A DNA stretch of 64,000 nt from a virus. The DNA lies in the IMG/VR virus record IMGVR_UViG_3300029309_000013, positions 1-64,000 of that record, one strand, 5' to 3'. Position numbers and translations under genes: made by a program. Position 1 is the first letter of the stretch. Each line of letters starts with the position of its first letter. This document shows, in pieces, positions 21,937 to 32,609 of the stretch. The notes beneath the pieces were generated by a model. It searched no databases. It was not told where the DNA came from and was given only the letters and a program-made list of their open reading frames with translations.

Positions 21937-23939
21937 TGAAAAAACAAGATATAGCAAAACTATTGGTTAACCACCCAGCAATCAAGTTACTTAGAGAATC
22001 TGATGAAGATGGTCATTTACTTGGTATCATGGCGGAAGAAATTAAAGATCTAGAAGAGGCAATTTCAACAATTACCAGAAATAAGGGTGCTCAAGTAAAA
22101 AAAGAACTGGACGGCGCTATTGAGAAAAATGAAGTTGATAAATGGCTTGATAAGTATTTCCCAGGGGGTGAGTTTTCTTTTGCCGGGCTTGGTACCGGAA
22201 GGGGTACTGATAAGCAATCGATAGAACGGTACTTAGCCAACAAGCCAGAAGAGCTAGAATATTTGAAAAAAAGAATCATTGGCTATGTTAAGCAAGCTCT
22301 GGAAACTAAAGGTGTAGGGTTCGAAGGAGAAAAGGAAGAGTACTTTGGAAGTGAGTGGTTAGCAACACCTGCACAACTTCCCCCTACAAAGGATTCATCT
22401 TCAACCAACATAACCCCAGAAATTAGGCAACAATTTGAAAACAGATTGAAAGATATCGTTGAAGCTCCAGCAGTTGAGCCTTTTTTATCTTTTTTCACTC
22501 TTTTGGTCAGACAACAGGTAAGAGAGGAAGTAACACTACCGCAAGCGTTACAAGGAGCCAATCTTCTTGGGGGAGAAAACACTTCAAAGGTCAGAGAAGC
22601 ATTGCTTCAAATGGAAAAATCCGACAGAATTACCATCCTTCAGGCATTTAAACAACTAGATTCTACAAAGCAAACATATTTGGTTGATATGATAAAAGAT
22701 GTATTACCAGAAGTACCAGCTAAAGTTGAACCAGAGATTGTAGATGATGAGGAAGAAGAGACTGCACAACAAGATCCAGAAACTGAAGAAGGGACTGTAC
22801 AACAAGAACCAGAAACTGAAGAAGGGACTGTACAACAAGAACCGGAAACTGAAGAAGTTGTTATATCCAAAGAAGATCTTGATCATCATAAGGAAAAGTT
22901 TATTAAATTTTTCTCTTCTGAGAGACGTGTTGGATTTATGCAACAAATGTTTCTAGATGAACAGTCCAAACTTCTGGTTTCTCTATTGAGTGCCTTAAGG
23001 GGTCTGCTTGGCGATAGCTCTAGGGCTAAAGCAATTGGTGTCTCTGAATTGGATGAATCTCAACATGACTCTTTGGATGTCCCAATGGGAGAAAGACGAG
23101 CCATTGTTAAGGATATGAAAAACATTAAAATCACAATGGAAGATCTGGTGTTTATTCTTAAGCGCTACAGGGAGCAAATGAATAAAGTGTCTGCCTACGA
23201 AAAATTTGATGGTACTAAACTCAAAAAAAGAGTAAAGAATGATCTAGAAGATACACAGATAGCAATTGCAAAGCTTTATAGAAATATAGTCAAAGTTATA
23301 CTCTCCGGAGAGGATATCATTAAAGAGCAAGATGAGGGTCCGTCTGCTGAAGAAAAAGCAAAAAACGTTAGAAGAGTGTATGGTGAGCTTCTAACAACTT
23401 ATAATGATTCTCTAGAGCCAATTATTAGAGGTGAGGTTGACTTTGATGGAGCAACAGTAAAAAACACAGCGCAGAGCATGCTAGATTTAATTCTAAGTTC
23501 AGGCATTGTTGATTATTTTCCAAGTGAAAACATAAGATTCTCACCAAAAGTTGATGCTAGAACAACTTTAAAAGACGCAATGAATCATCTGGCTGATAGT
23601 CTAAAAGAATTAGCCACTTTTATTTCTCGTGTATTTGCAAGAGTCAACACAAATGATATAACAGAAGCACAAGCCAGAACATTTCTTAAAAAATTAAGAG
23701 ACATCTCGATTGTATTAGAGAGAGATTTTGGGGCTGAGTCTGTTATTAATGCATTACCAGAGATCGAAGAGGAAAACCCAGAGAACTCATTGGGCACCCC
23801 CCCTCAAAATAGAGATGATAGAACCATGATGGACAGGATTGATGATTTTGTTTTAAACCCACTTCTGTCCCAACCAGCCAACATATACGAGAAAATAATT
23901 CCAATTGTGGAAAAAATTATAAAGGACCAACATGGCTAA
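21936..23939 (+). CDS. Large helical hypothetical protein (putative virion internal)
   Basis: 667 aa; [ILV]xE junctions; internal tandem repeat. Confidence 0.6.
   Translation: MKKQDIAKLLVNHPAIKLLRESDEDGHLLGIMAEEIKDLEEAISTITRNKGAQVKKELDGAIEKNEVDKWLDKYFPGGEFSFAGLGTGRGTDKQSIERYLANKPEELEYLKKRIIGYVKQALETKGVGFEGEKEEYFGSEWLATPAQLPPTKDSSSTNITPEIRQQFENRLKDIVEAPAVEPFLSFFTLLVRQQVREEVTLPQALQGANLLGGENTSKVREALLQMEKSDRITILQAFKQLDSTKQTYLVDMIKDVLPEVPAKVEPEIVDDEEEETAQQDPETEEGTVQQEPETEEGTVQQEPETEEVVISKEDLDHHKEKFIKFFSSERRVGFMQQMFLDEQSKLLVSLLSALRGLLGDSSRAKAIGVSELDESQHDSLDVPMGERRAIVKDMKNIKITMEDLVFILKRYREQMNKVSAYEKFDGTKLKKRVKNDLEDTQIAIAKLYRNIVKVILSGEDIIKEQDEGPSAEEKAKNVRRVYGELLTTYNDSLEPIIRGEVDFDGATVKNTAQSMLDLILSSGIVDYFPSENIRFSPKVDARTTLKDAMNHLADSLKELATFISRVFARVNTNDITEAQARTFLKKLRDISIVLERDFGAESVINALPEIEEENPENSLGTPPQNRDDRTMMDRIDDFVLNPLLSQPANIYEKIIPIVEKIIKDQHG
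22752..22857 (+). repeat. 33-bp in-frame tandem repeat, ~3.2 copies (EEGTVQQEPET)
   Basis: Read directly from the sequence. Confidence 0.9.
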
Positions 23940-25275
23940 GAAGAACATCGTCATTGATACATCTGTCTTTTTGACCGATTCTCAGTGTATTTATAAATTT
24001 GAAAATAATGATATTTTTGTACCACTTAAAGTTTTAGAAGAAATTGATAAGCATAAAAAACGACAGGACTCTGCTGGTTTTCATGCTAGAAATGCTATTA
24101 AAACATTTGACCTCTTACGTCTACGAGGATCGCTTGTAAAGGGCGTTAGACTTGAGAAGGGCAAAGGTATGGTTAAAGTGATTAGGGCGTCTGAAATCGC
24201 ACTAGAGAAGCTCCCACGGGATCTTACACACAACATTGCTGATCATCTTATTCTTGCAACAGCTTTAACAGTCCAGGAGCAACATGAAAAAAGAAAAACA
24301 ATTGTTGTCTCTAATGATGTAAATATGCGAGTAATAGCAGATTCTATTGGTTTATTAACTGATGATTACTCCATTGACCAAGTTGTTGACGATGCAAATA
24401 AGATATATGATGGTTTCTGTTCCGTTTTGGTTGATGATGAATTAATAGATCAGTTTTATCAGGGAGAGGATATTATGTTAGACCCTGAACTGTTAAGCGA
24501 TCAAAAAATAAATATATACCCAAATCAATATGTAATGTTGGTATCCTCTTCGTGCGAAAAAAAGACTGCACTTGCGAGATATTTGAATAACATACAGCCC
24601 CTACTACCAATATATGATAGGAAGAATGAGCTTAGTTTTAGGGTGCTTCCTAGAAACAAGGAGCAATCATTTGCCTTTGATTTACTATTCGACCCAGAAG
24701 TACCTCTTGTGTCTCTCATAGGTCGTGCTGGTTCCGGAAAGACCCTAATGGCCATTGCAGCTGGGATGGAGCAGGTATTGGGTCATGGTGAAAGAGTTTA
24801 TGACCGCCTGATAGTATCAAGACCAGTTCAGCCTATGGGTAAAGATATTGGATTCTTGCCTGGTACGATGGAAGAGAAGATGTTACCATGGTTGAAGCCG
24901 ATTGAAGATAACATAAGATACACAATAGGTGATCACGGTGTAAAACTAGAAGAGTATATGGAAATAGGAAAGCTGGAGATCGAGGCGCTAACATATATTC
25001 GAGGTCGATCAATCTCCAACGCTTTTGTTGTAATTGACGAAGCTCAGAATTTAACTGCACACGAGGTCAAAACAATTATTACCCGCATTGGTGAGAATAC
25101 AAAAATTATCTTAACTGGGGATATAGAACAGATAGATAACGTTTATACTAACGAGACAAGTAATGGTCTCGCTTATGCAATAGAAAAATTTAAACATTCA
25201 GACTTATCTGGTCATGTTACGTTTCGCAAGGGTGAACGTAGTAAATTGGCTACTGCTGCTGCAAAAATACTCTAA
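23932..25275 (+). CDS. phoH: PIN-domain PhoH-family ATPase
   Basis: PIN: VIDTS..EEID..DHLI..SNDVNMR; PhoH: GRAGSGKT, GFLPG, YIRGRS, IDEAQN, TRIG, GDIEQID. Confidence 0.92.
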   Translation: MAKKNIVIDTSVFLTDSQCIYKFENNDIFVPLKVLEEIDKHKKRQDSAGFHARNAIKTFDLLRLRGSLVKGVRLEKGKGMVKVIRASEIALEKLPRDLTHNIADHLILATALTVQEQHEKRKTIVVSNDVNMRVIADSIGLLTDDYSIDQVVDDANKIYDGFCSVLVDDELIDQFYQGEDIMLDPELLSDQKINIYPNQYVMLVSSSCEKKTALARYLNNIQPLLPIYDRKNELSFRVLPRNKEQSFAFDLLFDPEVPLVSLIGRAGSGKTLMAIAAGMEQVLGHGERVYDRLIVSRPVQPMGKDIGFLPGTMEEKMLPWLKPIEDNIRYTIGDHGVKLEEYMEIGKLEIEALTYIRGRSISNAFVVIDEAQNLTAHEVKTIITRIGENTKIILTGDIEQIDNVYTNETSNGLAYAIEKFKHSDLSGHVTFRKGERSKLATAAAKIL

Positions 25276-25279
25276 TCGC

Positions 25280-25308
25280 TTGACGGTCTACTAATTTTAT
25301 GTTAAGAT
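25280..25308 (+). promoter_or_regulatory. sigma70-type promoter
   Basis: TTGACG-17bp-TGtTAAGAT. Confidence 0.65.
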
Positions 25309-25331
25309 AATAGTAATTACGGAGAAATAAA

Positions 25332-26000
25332 ATGTGGATTACTGAGTCTGCTAAAAAAGGTAGGAGAATGAAAGACATGTATTCTATCAGTGGCGTTGAT
25401 GTTTTTATAAAAGATAAATTACCTGAGCATATTGATGCGGAGTTTGTTTTCAAATACATCTCATCTCGCGTACCAGCGAAGATGATTGACGGCGTTGATA
25501 TTATCTACATTGGAAAGTTTCCGTATATGGACGAGAAAGGGTTCAATGCCTACTATGAAGATGGCGCAATTTATGTTACGAACGAACAGGACGATGATCG
25601 TGATATGATTGAAGACATTGTTCATGAGATTGCTCACGCATGTGAAGAAATGTATCATGAGCGAATTTATGGTGATGGTAGAATTTTTTCTGAATTCAAA
25701 AAGCGTAGACAAGTTCTGGGTCAGTTATTAAATGAACTATATGATGACGTGCCCCATGACTTTGAAACAAAAATGGAGTATGATGAAGACATAGACAAAT
25801 TTCTTTATGAAACCATCGGGTATGATATTCTAAATCAAATCTGTATCGGCATATTCATTTCAGCCTATGCAGCAACTTCTATAAACGAATATTTTGCTAG
25901 AGGTTTTGAAGAATTTTTCTTGGGTAATGGAGATGAGGTTAAATCCATGCACCCTAAACTTTATGATGCAATACAAAGGCTCACAAATATGGAGGACTAA
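25332..26000 (+). CDS. Zinc metallopeptidase-like protein
   Basis: VHEIAH...YAATSINEYFA. Confidence 0.75.
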   Translation: MWITESAKKGRRMKDMYSISGVDVFIKDKLPEHIDAEFVFKYISSRVPAKMIDGVDIIYIGKFPYMDEKGFNAYYEDGAIYVTNEQDDDRDMIEDIVHEIAHACEEMYHERIYGDGRIFSEFKKRRQVLGQLLNELYDDVPHDFETKMEYDEDIDKFLYETIGYDILNQICIGIFISAYAATSINEYFARGFEEFFLGNGDEVKSMHPKLYDAIQRLTNMED

Positions 26001-26785
26001 TGAGCAAAAAGAAACACATCTCTTATTCAGAACTTAAAAATTGGGCAGAATGCCCATGGAAACATAATTTAGTATACATTCAGGGAATTAAAGGATTCAC
26101 GGGTAATTTATATACAGCGTTTGGTACAGCTATCCACGCAGTCTGTGAAAATATAGCAAAAGGGTTATTAACAGAAGACACAGATCGAGAAGACTTTTTT
26201 GATGAGACATTTGATCAAGAACTTGATAAACTTGATCTTGATGAGGAAGTTCAAGAAGTTGCCCTTAAAGAGTTTAGAAGAAACGCTAGGCTTATCATGC
26301 CTCTTGTTTTTCCCCAATTAGAAGAGCACTTTCCTGGCTATGAAGTTTACTCTACAGAAGAAATGCTATATCAACAGATAGATGAACTTGATTACGATTG
26401 GAATCTCAAAGGCTTTATTGATCTCGTGATAAAAACACCGGACGATAAGTATCACATTATTGATTGGAAAACCTGTTCATGGGGTTGGAACTTAGAGAAG
26501 AAACAAAGCACATTGGTAACTTACCAGCTTACACTATACAAAAAGTTCTTCTGTGAAAAGCACAACATAGACCCCAAGATGGTTGAGACATACTTTGGCC
26601 TTCTAAAGAGAACAGCTAAAAAAGATAACGTTGAAATATATCGAGTAACATCTGGCCCTCGTAAAACCAGAAGTGCAACTAAACTCTTGACTGATGGTTG
26701 TAAATCAATTAAAGCTGGTCTTAAAATTAAAAATAGAAAGAACTGTAAGTACTGTGAGTTTTATCACACAGAACATTGTCCATAA
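26000..26785 (+). CDS. PD-(D/E)XK (RecB/Cas4-like) exonuclease
   Basis: SYS..CP, FGTAIH, GFIDL, IIDWKT, QLxxY, CxxC..C. Confidence 0.88.
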   Translation: MSKKKHISYSELKNWAECPWKHNLVYIQGIKGFTGNLYTAFGTAIHAVCENIAKGLLTEDTDREDFFDETFDQELDKLDLDEEVQEVALKEFRRNARLIMPLVFPQLEEHFPGYEVYSTEEMLYQQIDELDYDWNLKGFIDLVIKTPDDKYHIIDWKTCSWGWNLEKKQSTLVTYQLTLYKKFFCEKHNIDPKMVETYFGLLKRTAKKDNVEIYRVTSGPRKTRSATKLLTDGCKSIKAGLKIKNRKNCKYCEFYHTEHCP

Positions 26786-26812
26786 AAAATTTAACTAATT
26801 TAGTTAAAATAC

Positions 26813-26841
26813 TTGACGCCTTATCTAAACCGTGTTATAAT
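26813..26841 (+). promoter_or_regulatory. sigma70-type promoter of the glycosylation operon
   Basis: TTGACG-17bp-TGtTATAAT. Confidence 0.8.
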
Positions 26842-26870
26842 GATAGCATAAATTAGATAAGGTGTTTTTT

Positions 26871-28136
26871 ATGTCGAATAAGTTAAAAGTATTAACATTA
26901 AGTGACCATCCACTTTCCCCAAGTGGTGTTGGTACACAAACTAGGTATATTTGCGAGGCTTTATTAAAGTCTGGTAAATTTCAAATTATTTCTCTTGGTG
27001 GAGCGATAAAGCATCATAATTATGATCAAGTCTTTGTAGAGCCATATGATAAAGACTGGAAAGTAATCCCAGTTGACGGGTATGGTAATGCTGATATGAT
27101 TCGTTCCATTATTAGAAACGAGCGTCCTGATTTCGTATGGATGATGACCGACCCTCGTTTCTGGGAATGGTTGTGGGCGATTGAGAATGAGATCCGCCCC
27201 TTGTGTCCATTAGTATATTACCATGTTTGGGATAATTATCCATATCCTGAATTTAATAGGAAATACTATGAGTCAAATGACTATGTTGCGTGCATCTCTC
27301 GGCTAACTGCCGATTGTGTTCGCTCAGTGGCCCCAACTGTTCCCTCTTCTTATTTACCACACGCAGTAAACCAAGATGTCTTCAGGCCACTAACAAAGGC
27401 CCAGAGGTTTCAATTAAGAAAACAAAATCTTCACCCTGAAGATCAGGACAAATTTATTGTATTCTGGAACAACAGGAACGCTAGAAGAAAACAGTCCGGA
27501 ACTTTGATTTGGTGGTTTAAGGAATGGTTAGATAAAAATAACTTGCATGATAAAGCTCAATTGATTATGCATACGCACCCTAATGATCAACACGGCCAGG
27601 ATTTAAATAATATTGTAAGCCATTTGGGTTTAAATAATAGACAAGTCTTGTTCTCTACGGCTAAAGTTCCTTTGGAAAACATGGCGACTTTCTATAATCT
27701 AGCTGATGTTACAGTAAACATTTCTGATGCTGAGGGTTTTGGCCTTGCGACACTGGAGTCTCTGGCTTGTGGTACTCCAATTATTGCTACCTTAACTGGC
27801 GGACTACAAGAGCAAGTTCTGCATAAAGGGAAGTATTATGGAGTTGGGTTAAAACCTGTCTCAAAGGCTATTATTGGATCACAACAGGTCCCTTATATCT
27901 ATGAAGATAGGGTTTCCAAGAGTGATTTTCATAATGCTTTGACTAAGATGTATAGAATGGGTACAGACCGACGGCTAGAGCTTGGTATGAAAGGGCATGC
28001 GCACGTTACTAATAATTATAATTTTGAAAACTTTCAAAAGAAATGGGTTGACTTGATGCTTGATATTCATGAAAAAGAAGGCTCTTGGGAAACTAGAAAG
28101 GGCTATAGTAACATTACTTTTAAGGAGATTGTATGA
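26871..28136 (+). CDS. GT-B (GT4-like) glycosyltransferase
   Basis: RNARRK, EGFGLATLESLACGTPII. Confidence 0.88.
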   Translation: MSNKLKVLTLSDHPLSPSGVGTQTRYICEALLKSGKFQIISLGGAIKHHNYDQVFVEPYDKDWKVIPVDGYGNADMIRSIIRNERPDFVWMMTDPRFWEWLWAIENEIRPLCPLVYYHVWDNYPYPEFNRKYYESNDYVACISRLTADCVRSVAPTVPSSYLPHAVNQDVFRPLTKAQRFQLRKQNLHPEDQDKFIVFWNNRNARRKQSGTLIWWFKEWLDKNNLHDKAQLIMHTHPNDQHGQDLNNIVSHLGLNNRQVLFSTAKVPLENMATFYNLADVTVNISDAEGFGLATLESLACGTPIIATLTGGLQEQVLHKGKYYGVGLKPVSKAIIGSQQVPYIYEDRVSKSDFHNALTKMYRMGTDRRLELGMKGHAHVTNNYNFENFQKKWVDLMLDIHEKEGSWETRKGYSNITFKEIV

Positions 28137-29359
28137 AAAAGAATATTTTTATAAAAGGTCCATTTTTATCTCAAAGCGGATATGGTGAGCAAGCTAGGTT
28201 TGCCCTTAGAGCATTACGATCAAGAGAGGATATTTTCAACATTTATCTTCACCCAATTAACTGGGGCCAAACTGGCTGGGTATGGGAGGATACAGAATTC
28301 AGAAGATGGATTGATAAGAGAATTCTGCAAACTCAAATAGCGGCCCAAAATGGTACATTTAGACCAGATATCACACTACAGGTAACTATTCCCAATGAAT
28401 TCACTAAAATGTCTTCCCTTGATATTGGATTTACAGCAGGAATTGAAACAACAAAAGTATCTCCGCAATGGCTTCAAAAAGGTAACCAAATGGATAAAAT
28501 TCTAGTTGTATCAAATCATGCAAAAGTAACTTTTGAATCAACATCCGTTATATTACAAGACCAACTTAACAATCAGATACCTATTTCTCTAAAAACCCCA
28601 ATAGAGGTAGTATCTCAATGTACCCCAAAAGCCGCTGCTCAAGAGATTGATGAATTTGATTTACCGTATGATGATAACTTTTTAGTAATCTCACAGATGG
28701 GTCCACGTAAGAACTTTGAAAACACACTTAAATGGTTTGTTGAGGAATTTAAAAATGAGGAAGTTGGTCTACTAGTCAAGACTGGATTTAAATCAAACTG
28801 TAGGATGGACAGAGAACATACAGAGAATTTTCTTAAGTCTTTCTTGAGAGGTTATGAAGATAGAAAATGCAAGGTGCATCTTCTTCATGGAGACCTCTCA
28901 GATGGACAGATGAACTGGCTCTACAATCACCCTAAAATTACCGCATTAGTTAATATTGCCCACGGTGAAGGGTATGGTCTACCTTTATTTGAAGCGGCCC
29001 GAGAAGGACTTCCTGTGGCCACTATCGGTTGGTCTGGCCAGCTTGATTTTTTACATCATGATGGAAAAGATTACTTTGAAAAGGTTGAATTTACACTCGG
29101 ACCAGTACAACAAGAGGCGGTCTGGGATGGTGTTGTGCAAGCTGACTCTATGTGGGCTTATGCTAATGAAGACTCTTATAAAAAGACCTTGCGGTCATTG
29201 ATTATAAATAATGAAAGTGCAAGAACTAGAGCTTCTGAACTTAAGCAGATTATTGAAAATAATTTCTCTGATGAAAGACTGTACGAATTATTTGTTAGCA
29301 AGATCATTCAGGAAGATAATTTTGAGACTGTAGATGTTGGACTAATGTTTGAGGAGTAA
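28133..29359 (+). CDS. GT-B (GT4-like) glycosyltransferase
   Basis: SGYG, RKN, GEGYGLPLFEAA. Confidence 0.85.
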   Translation: MKKNIFIKGPFLSQSGYGEQARFALRALRSREDIFNIYLHPINWGQTGWVWEDTEFRRWIDKRILQTQIAAQNGTFRPDITLQVTIPNEFTKMSSLDIGFTAGIETTKVSPQWLQKGNQMDKILVVSNHAKVTFESTSVILQDQLNNQIPISLKTPIEVVSQCTPKAAAQEIDEFDLPYDDNFLVISQMGPRKNFENTLKWFVEEFKNEEVGLLVKTGFKSNCRMDREHTENFLKSFLRGYEDRKCKVHLLHGDLSDGQMNWLYNHPKITALVNIAHGEGYGLPLFEAAREGLPVATIGWSGQLDFLHHDGKDYFEKVEFTLGPVQQEAVWDGVVQADSMWAYANEDSYKKTLRSLIINNESARTRASELKQIIENNFSDERLYELFVSKIIQEDNFETVDVGLMFEE

Positions 29360-29365
29360 TAAAAG

Positions 29366-30985
29366 ATGAAAAAAGATTTAGTTAGTATTGTGATCCCAAC
29401 TTACAATGATGCTCAATATCTAAGGCAAGCTGTTGATGATATTTTGAACCAAACATACGAGGATTTTGAACTTATTATAGTCAATGACGGATCAACAGAT
29501 AATACAGTAGAAATACTCGAAGAATACTCTACCATAGACTCTAGGGTCAAAGTGTTTCACAAAGAAAACGGAGGCACTGGCTCGGCTTTGAATTTAGGAT
29601 TTAGCAAGGCCACCGGTGAGTTTGGTACCTGGGTTTCTTCTGATGATAATAAAGAGACAAATTTTATTGAAGAGTTGGTTTCATTTTTGAAAAAAAACCG
29701 GGATGTTGAGTTTGTTTGCTCTGCTTTTTACAGTAATTATCTGAAATCTATTTTTAAGCCATACAAGAAAGAGAACGACAGATTTGTTTTCTGTAATGGC
29801 TTAAATCATAATTCTTTTCTATCTGGTGAATCAATAATTGTTGATGACTGGGCCGACATTAATTATGAGGCATGCTTTCAAGGTGTATGTTTTATGTTTA
29901 CTATGAGATTAAAGAACGCTTGTGGTGATTACATCGAAATCCCCGGAGAAGACTATTACATGACTATGCTTATGGGTCTTAATTCAAGAATTGGATATGT
30001 TGATAAAATGCTCGGTACTCACAATAATCCTGTTGACTCTTTATCAATGATGGATCGGAACTGTGTGGCTGAAGCGAACGTAAAAACCAGGAGTCTTTAT
30101 TTGAACTCTAAAAGATGGAAGATGAATAAAATACCAAAGATCGCCAGTTTTTATTGGGGATCTGATAAAATGTCTTTCATGAGGTATCTCACGATTTTTT
30201 CGTTCAAAAAACAAAACCCAGACTGGTCAATACACTTGTATGTTCCAAAAAGTGTTTCTGATAGTATTTCATGGCTAGATAAAGGAGCAGATAATCACCA
30301 TAAGTGTGATCAAGTTTCCTATGAAGGTCAAGACTATTACGAAAAACTATTAAATGATGTTCCGGTAAAAGTTATTAAAGTTGATTTTTCAAATTCTTTC
30401 TTAACGAAAGAGGCCCCAGAGCCTCATAAATCAGATCTGTTAACATGGCAGGTTTTAGCTACTAGAGGCGGCTTATGGTGCGATATGGACATCATATTTC
30501 GTAAGTCAATGGTTACTATGTTTCGTAAGTATGATAGTAGTGCTGATACTGTTTTATGTTACGATAATCGCCTAAAATGTCCAGATGGAACGCCCTCAAA
30601 GCCAATTGGCTTTATGTTATCTGCCCCCAAGAATAGATTTTTCAATAAAGCTCTTGTGGAAAGCAAAAAGAATTATGATGACCGCTCTTATCAAAGTATA
30701 GGCACAGTCACGCTTATGAGGATTGGTCGTACTATAAGAGAATGCGAGAGACTTTATAATCTTAACAAGTTTGAAAACATAGACCCAGAGGATATTTATT
30801 ATTTTCATCATCAAATGATGGATGATATTTACAATAAATCACTAGAAATACCAGAAAAATTAATTGCTATTCACTGGTATGGGGGCCACCCCTTAAGTCA
30901 AAAATTCAATAACAACATAAATCATGAAAATTATTTAGAATTCGATAATACAATTTCTAAAATTATAAAAGAGGTGATGTCTTGA
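29366..30985 (+). CDS. GT2 glycosyltransferase fused to a DxD (GT32-like) glycosyltransferase
   Basis: SIVIPTYN..VNDGSTD..N.G; second domain FYW..SD..GGLWCDMD. Confidence 0.85.
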   Translation: MKKDLVSIVIPTYNDAQYLRQAVDDILNQTYEDFELIIVNDGSTDNTVEILEEYSTIDSRVKVFHKENGGTGSALNLGFSKATGEFGTWVSSDDNKETNFIEELVSFLKKNRDVEFVCSAFYSNYLKSIFKPYKKENDRFVFCNGLNHNSFLSGESIIVDDWADINYEACFQGVCFMFTMRLKNACGDYIEIPGEDYYMTMLMGLNSRIGYVDKMLGTHNNPVDSLSMMDRNCVAEANVKTRSLYLNSKRWKMNKIPKIASFYWGSDKMSFMRYLTIFSFKKQNPDWSIHLYVPKSVSDSISWLDKGADNHHKCDQVSYEGQDYYEKLLNDVPVKVIKVDFSNSFLTKEAPEPHKSDLLTWQVLATRGGLWCDMDIIFRKSMVTMFRKYDSSADTVLCYDNRLKCPDGTPSKPIGFMLSAPKNRFFNKALVESKKNYDDRSYQSIGTVTLMRIGRTIRECERLYNLNKFENIDPEDIYYFHHQMMDDIYNKSLEIPEKLIAIHWYGGHPLSQKFNNNINHENYLEFDNTISKIIKEVMS

Positions 30986-32043
30986 AAACAATTGTAACAA
31001 TAACTGGTATACGACCTGATTTTATTCGTATGTCTGAGATTTTTAAAAAACTAGATAATGCAACATGGTGCAATCATATTTTGATACACACAGGACAGCA
31101 TTATGATAAACTGATGTCTGATGTCTTTTTTGATGATTTGGAAATAAGACAACCAGACTATAATTTGTTGATTGGCGGACCAGGAAAAAAACACTATCAT
31201 CAACAGGCAGAGTTGGGTATAAAAATAATTGAACTGTTCCAAAACCATAACATCAGCCCTGATGTCGTACTGTTTCTTGGTGATAGTAATTCTGTGTTAG
31301 CTTCTGTTCCCTTGAGGAAAGAGGGTTATAAAGTAGGTCACATAGAAGCAGGTATGAGAAGTTATGACGAAAGAATGCTTGAAGAGCTTAACAGAAAAGT
31401 GTGTGATCATATGAGTAATTTTCTATTTGTATATCATGAAAACTACAGGCAAAAAGCTTTAAAAGAAGGTATAAAAGATAATAGAATCTTTGTTGTTGGT
31501 AATACAATTGTTGAGCCGTTACTTAAGATAGCCAATGGGTCAAATAATAACAAAAAGCACATTCTACTTGATATACACCGACCAGAAAACTTTAAATACC
31601 CTGAAAGGATGAGTAAAATAATAAAATTTGCTAATCAAGCTTATGATAGCACCGGGATGCCTGTAAAGATGCTTAAATTCGGGAGAACAATAAAGGCCCT
31701 AGAAGAGTATAAAATTAGCACCGGAGCAGTTGAAGTTGTTGATTTGATGGGCTACAAAGACTTCGTGAAGTTTATGAAAGACTCATTGTTTATTATAAGC
31801 GATAGTGGAACAGCCCAAGAGGAACCAGCATTGCTAGGAGTGCCCGTAATCGTACCCAGAGATTTTACAGAAAGACCAGAATCACTCGATAACAATAACA
31901 GTATCATGTTGTCCCCACTGAGTGAAGAAAATTACAGCAGAGCTATTTCTTGGGCCTTGAGAGACAAACATATGGAGACTGCTTGGCTAGGCGATGGAAA
32001 AACTAGTGATAAAATAATCAATATTTTAAAGGATAAATTATAA
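30982..32043 (+). CDS. wecB: UDP-N-acetylglucosamine 2-epimerase
   Basis: GIRPD, HTGQHYD, GD, HIEAGMRS, EELNR, HRPEN, SDSGTAQEE, TERPE. Confidence 0.92.
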   Translation: MKTIVTITGIRPDFIRMSEIFKKLDNATWCNHILIHTGQHYDKLMSDVFFDDLEIRQPDYNLLIGGPGKKHYHQQAELGIKIIELFQNHNISPDVVLFLGDSNSVLASVPLRKEGYKVGHIEAGMRSYDERMLEELNRKVCDHMSNFLFVYHENYRQKALKEGIKDNRIFVVGNTIVEPLLKIANGSNNNKKHILLDIHRPENFKYPERMSKIIKFANQAYDSTGMPVKMLKFGRTIKALEEYKISTGAVEVVDLMGYKDFVKFMKDSLFIISDSGTAQEEPALLGVPVIVPRDFTERPESLDNNNSIMLSPLSEENYSRAISWALRDKHMETAWLGDGKTSDKIINILKDKL

Positions 32044-32609
32044 TGGCTAATTGGTTAACAAGAACAGTAAATGGATTTTTGAATCCAAACGATTCAGTTT
32101 TGGATTTATGTTGCGGAATTGGAAATGTATCAGATGGTTTTTTATATTCTGAAATAACTGGGATTGATGCATGCGAAGAATATTTGGAAGTCTATAGGGC
32201 AAAGTTGCCCAATAGTGAAACATTGTTGTTTGATTTGTCCAAATTGGCTGATAGTGAACTAGATATTTTTTCTGAAAAAAGATTTGATAATGTTCTCTGT
32301 ATTGATGGAGTAGAGCATTTAGAGAAACAAGAGGCTATTAAATTAATAGAAAGAATGGAGAAAATGGCTAGAAAAAAAGTTATTATTTTCACACCAGAAA
32401 ATGCCTCTAACCCAAACGCACCAACCTTGAATCACCCTAAAAACACCTGGGGTATTACTGCTGGTGATAGCTGGCAAATCCACAGAAGTGGTTTTTCTAG
32501 AGATTTTTTTAGACAAAGAGGGTATAACGTGATACAATGTAATATGGCTAAAAATGTTTATGATGGATCAAATTATTATGAAATGCTTTATGTTTTGGAG
32601 AAAAAATGA
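32043..32609 (+). CDS. Class I SAM-dependent methyltransferase
   Basis: VLDLCCGIG, GID, FD..L..DGVEHL, TP. Confidence 0.85.
   Translation: MANWLTRTVNGFLNPNDSVLDLCCGIGNVSDGFLYSEITGIDACEEYLEVYRAKLPNSETLLFDLSKLADSELDIFSEKRFDNVLCIDGVEHLEKQEAIKLIERMEKMARKKVIIFTPENASNPNAPTLNHPKNTWGITAGDSWQIHRSGFSRDFFRQRGYNVIQCNMAKNVYDGSNYYEMLYVLEKK

Noticed and set aside
26000-26785. Cas4 / CRISPR system
   Set aside because: Standalone PD-(D/E)XK nuclease common in phages; no other cas genes or array nearby
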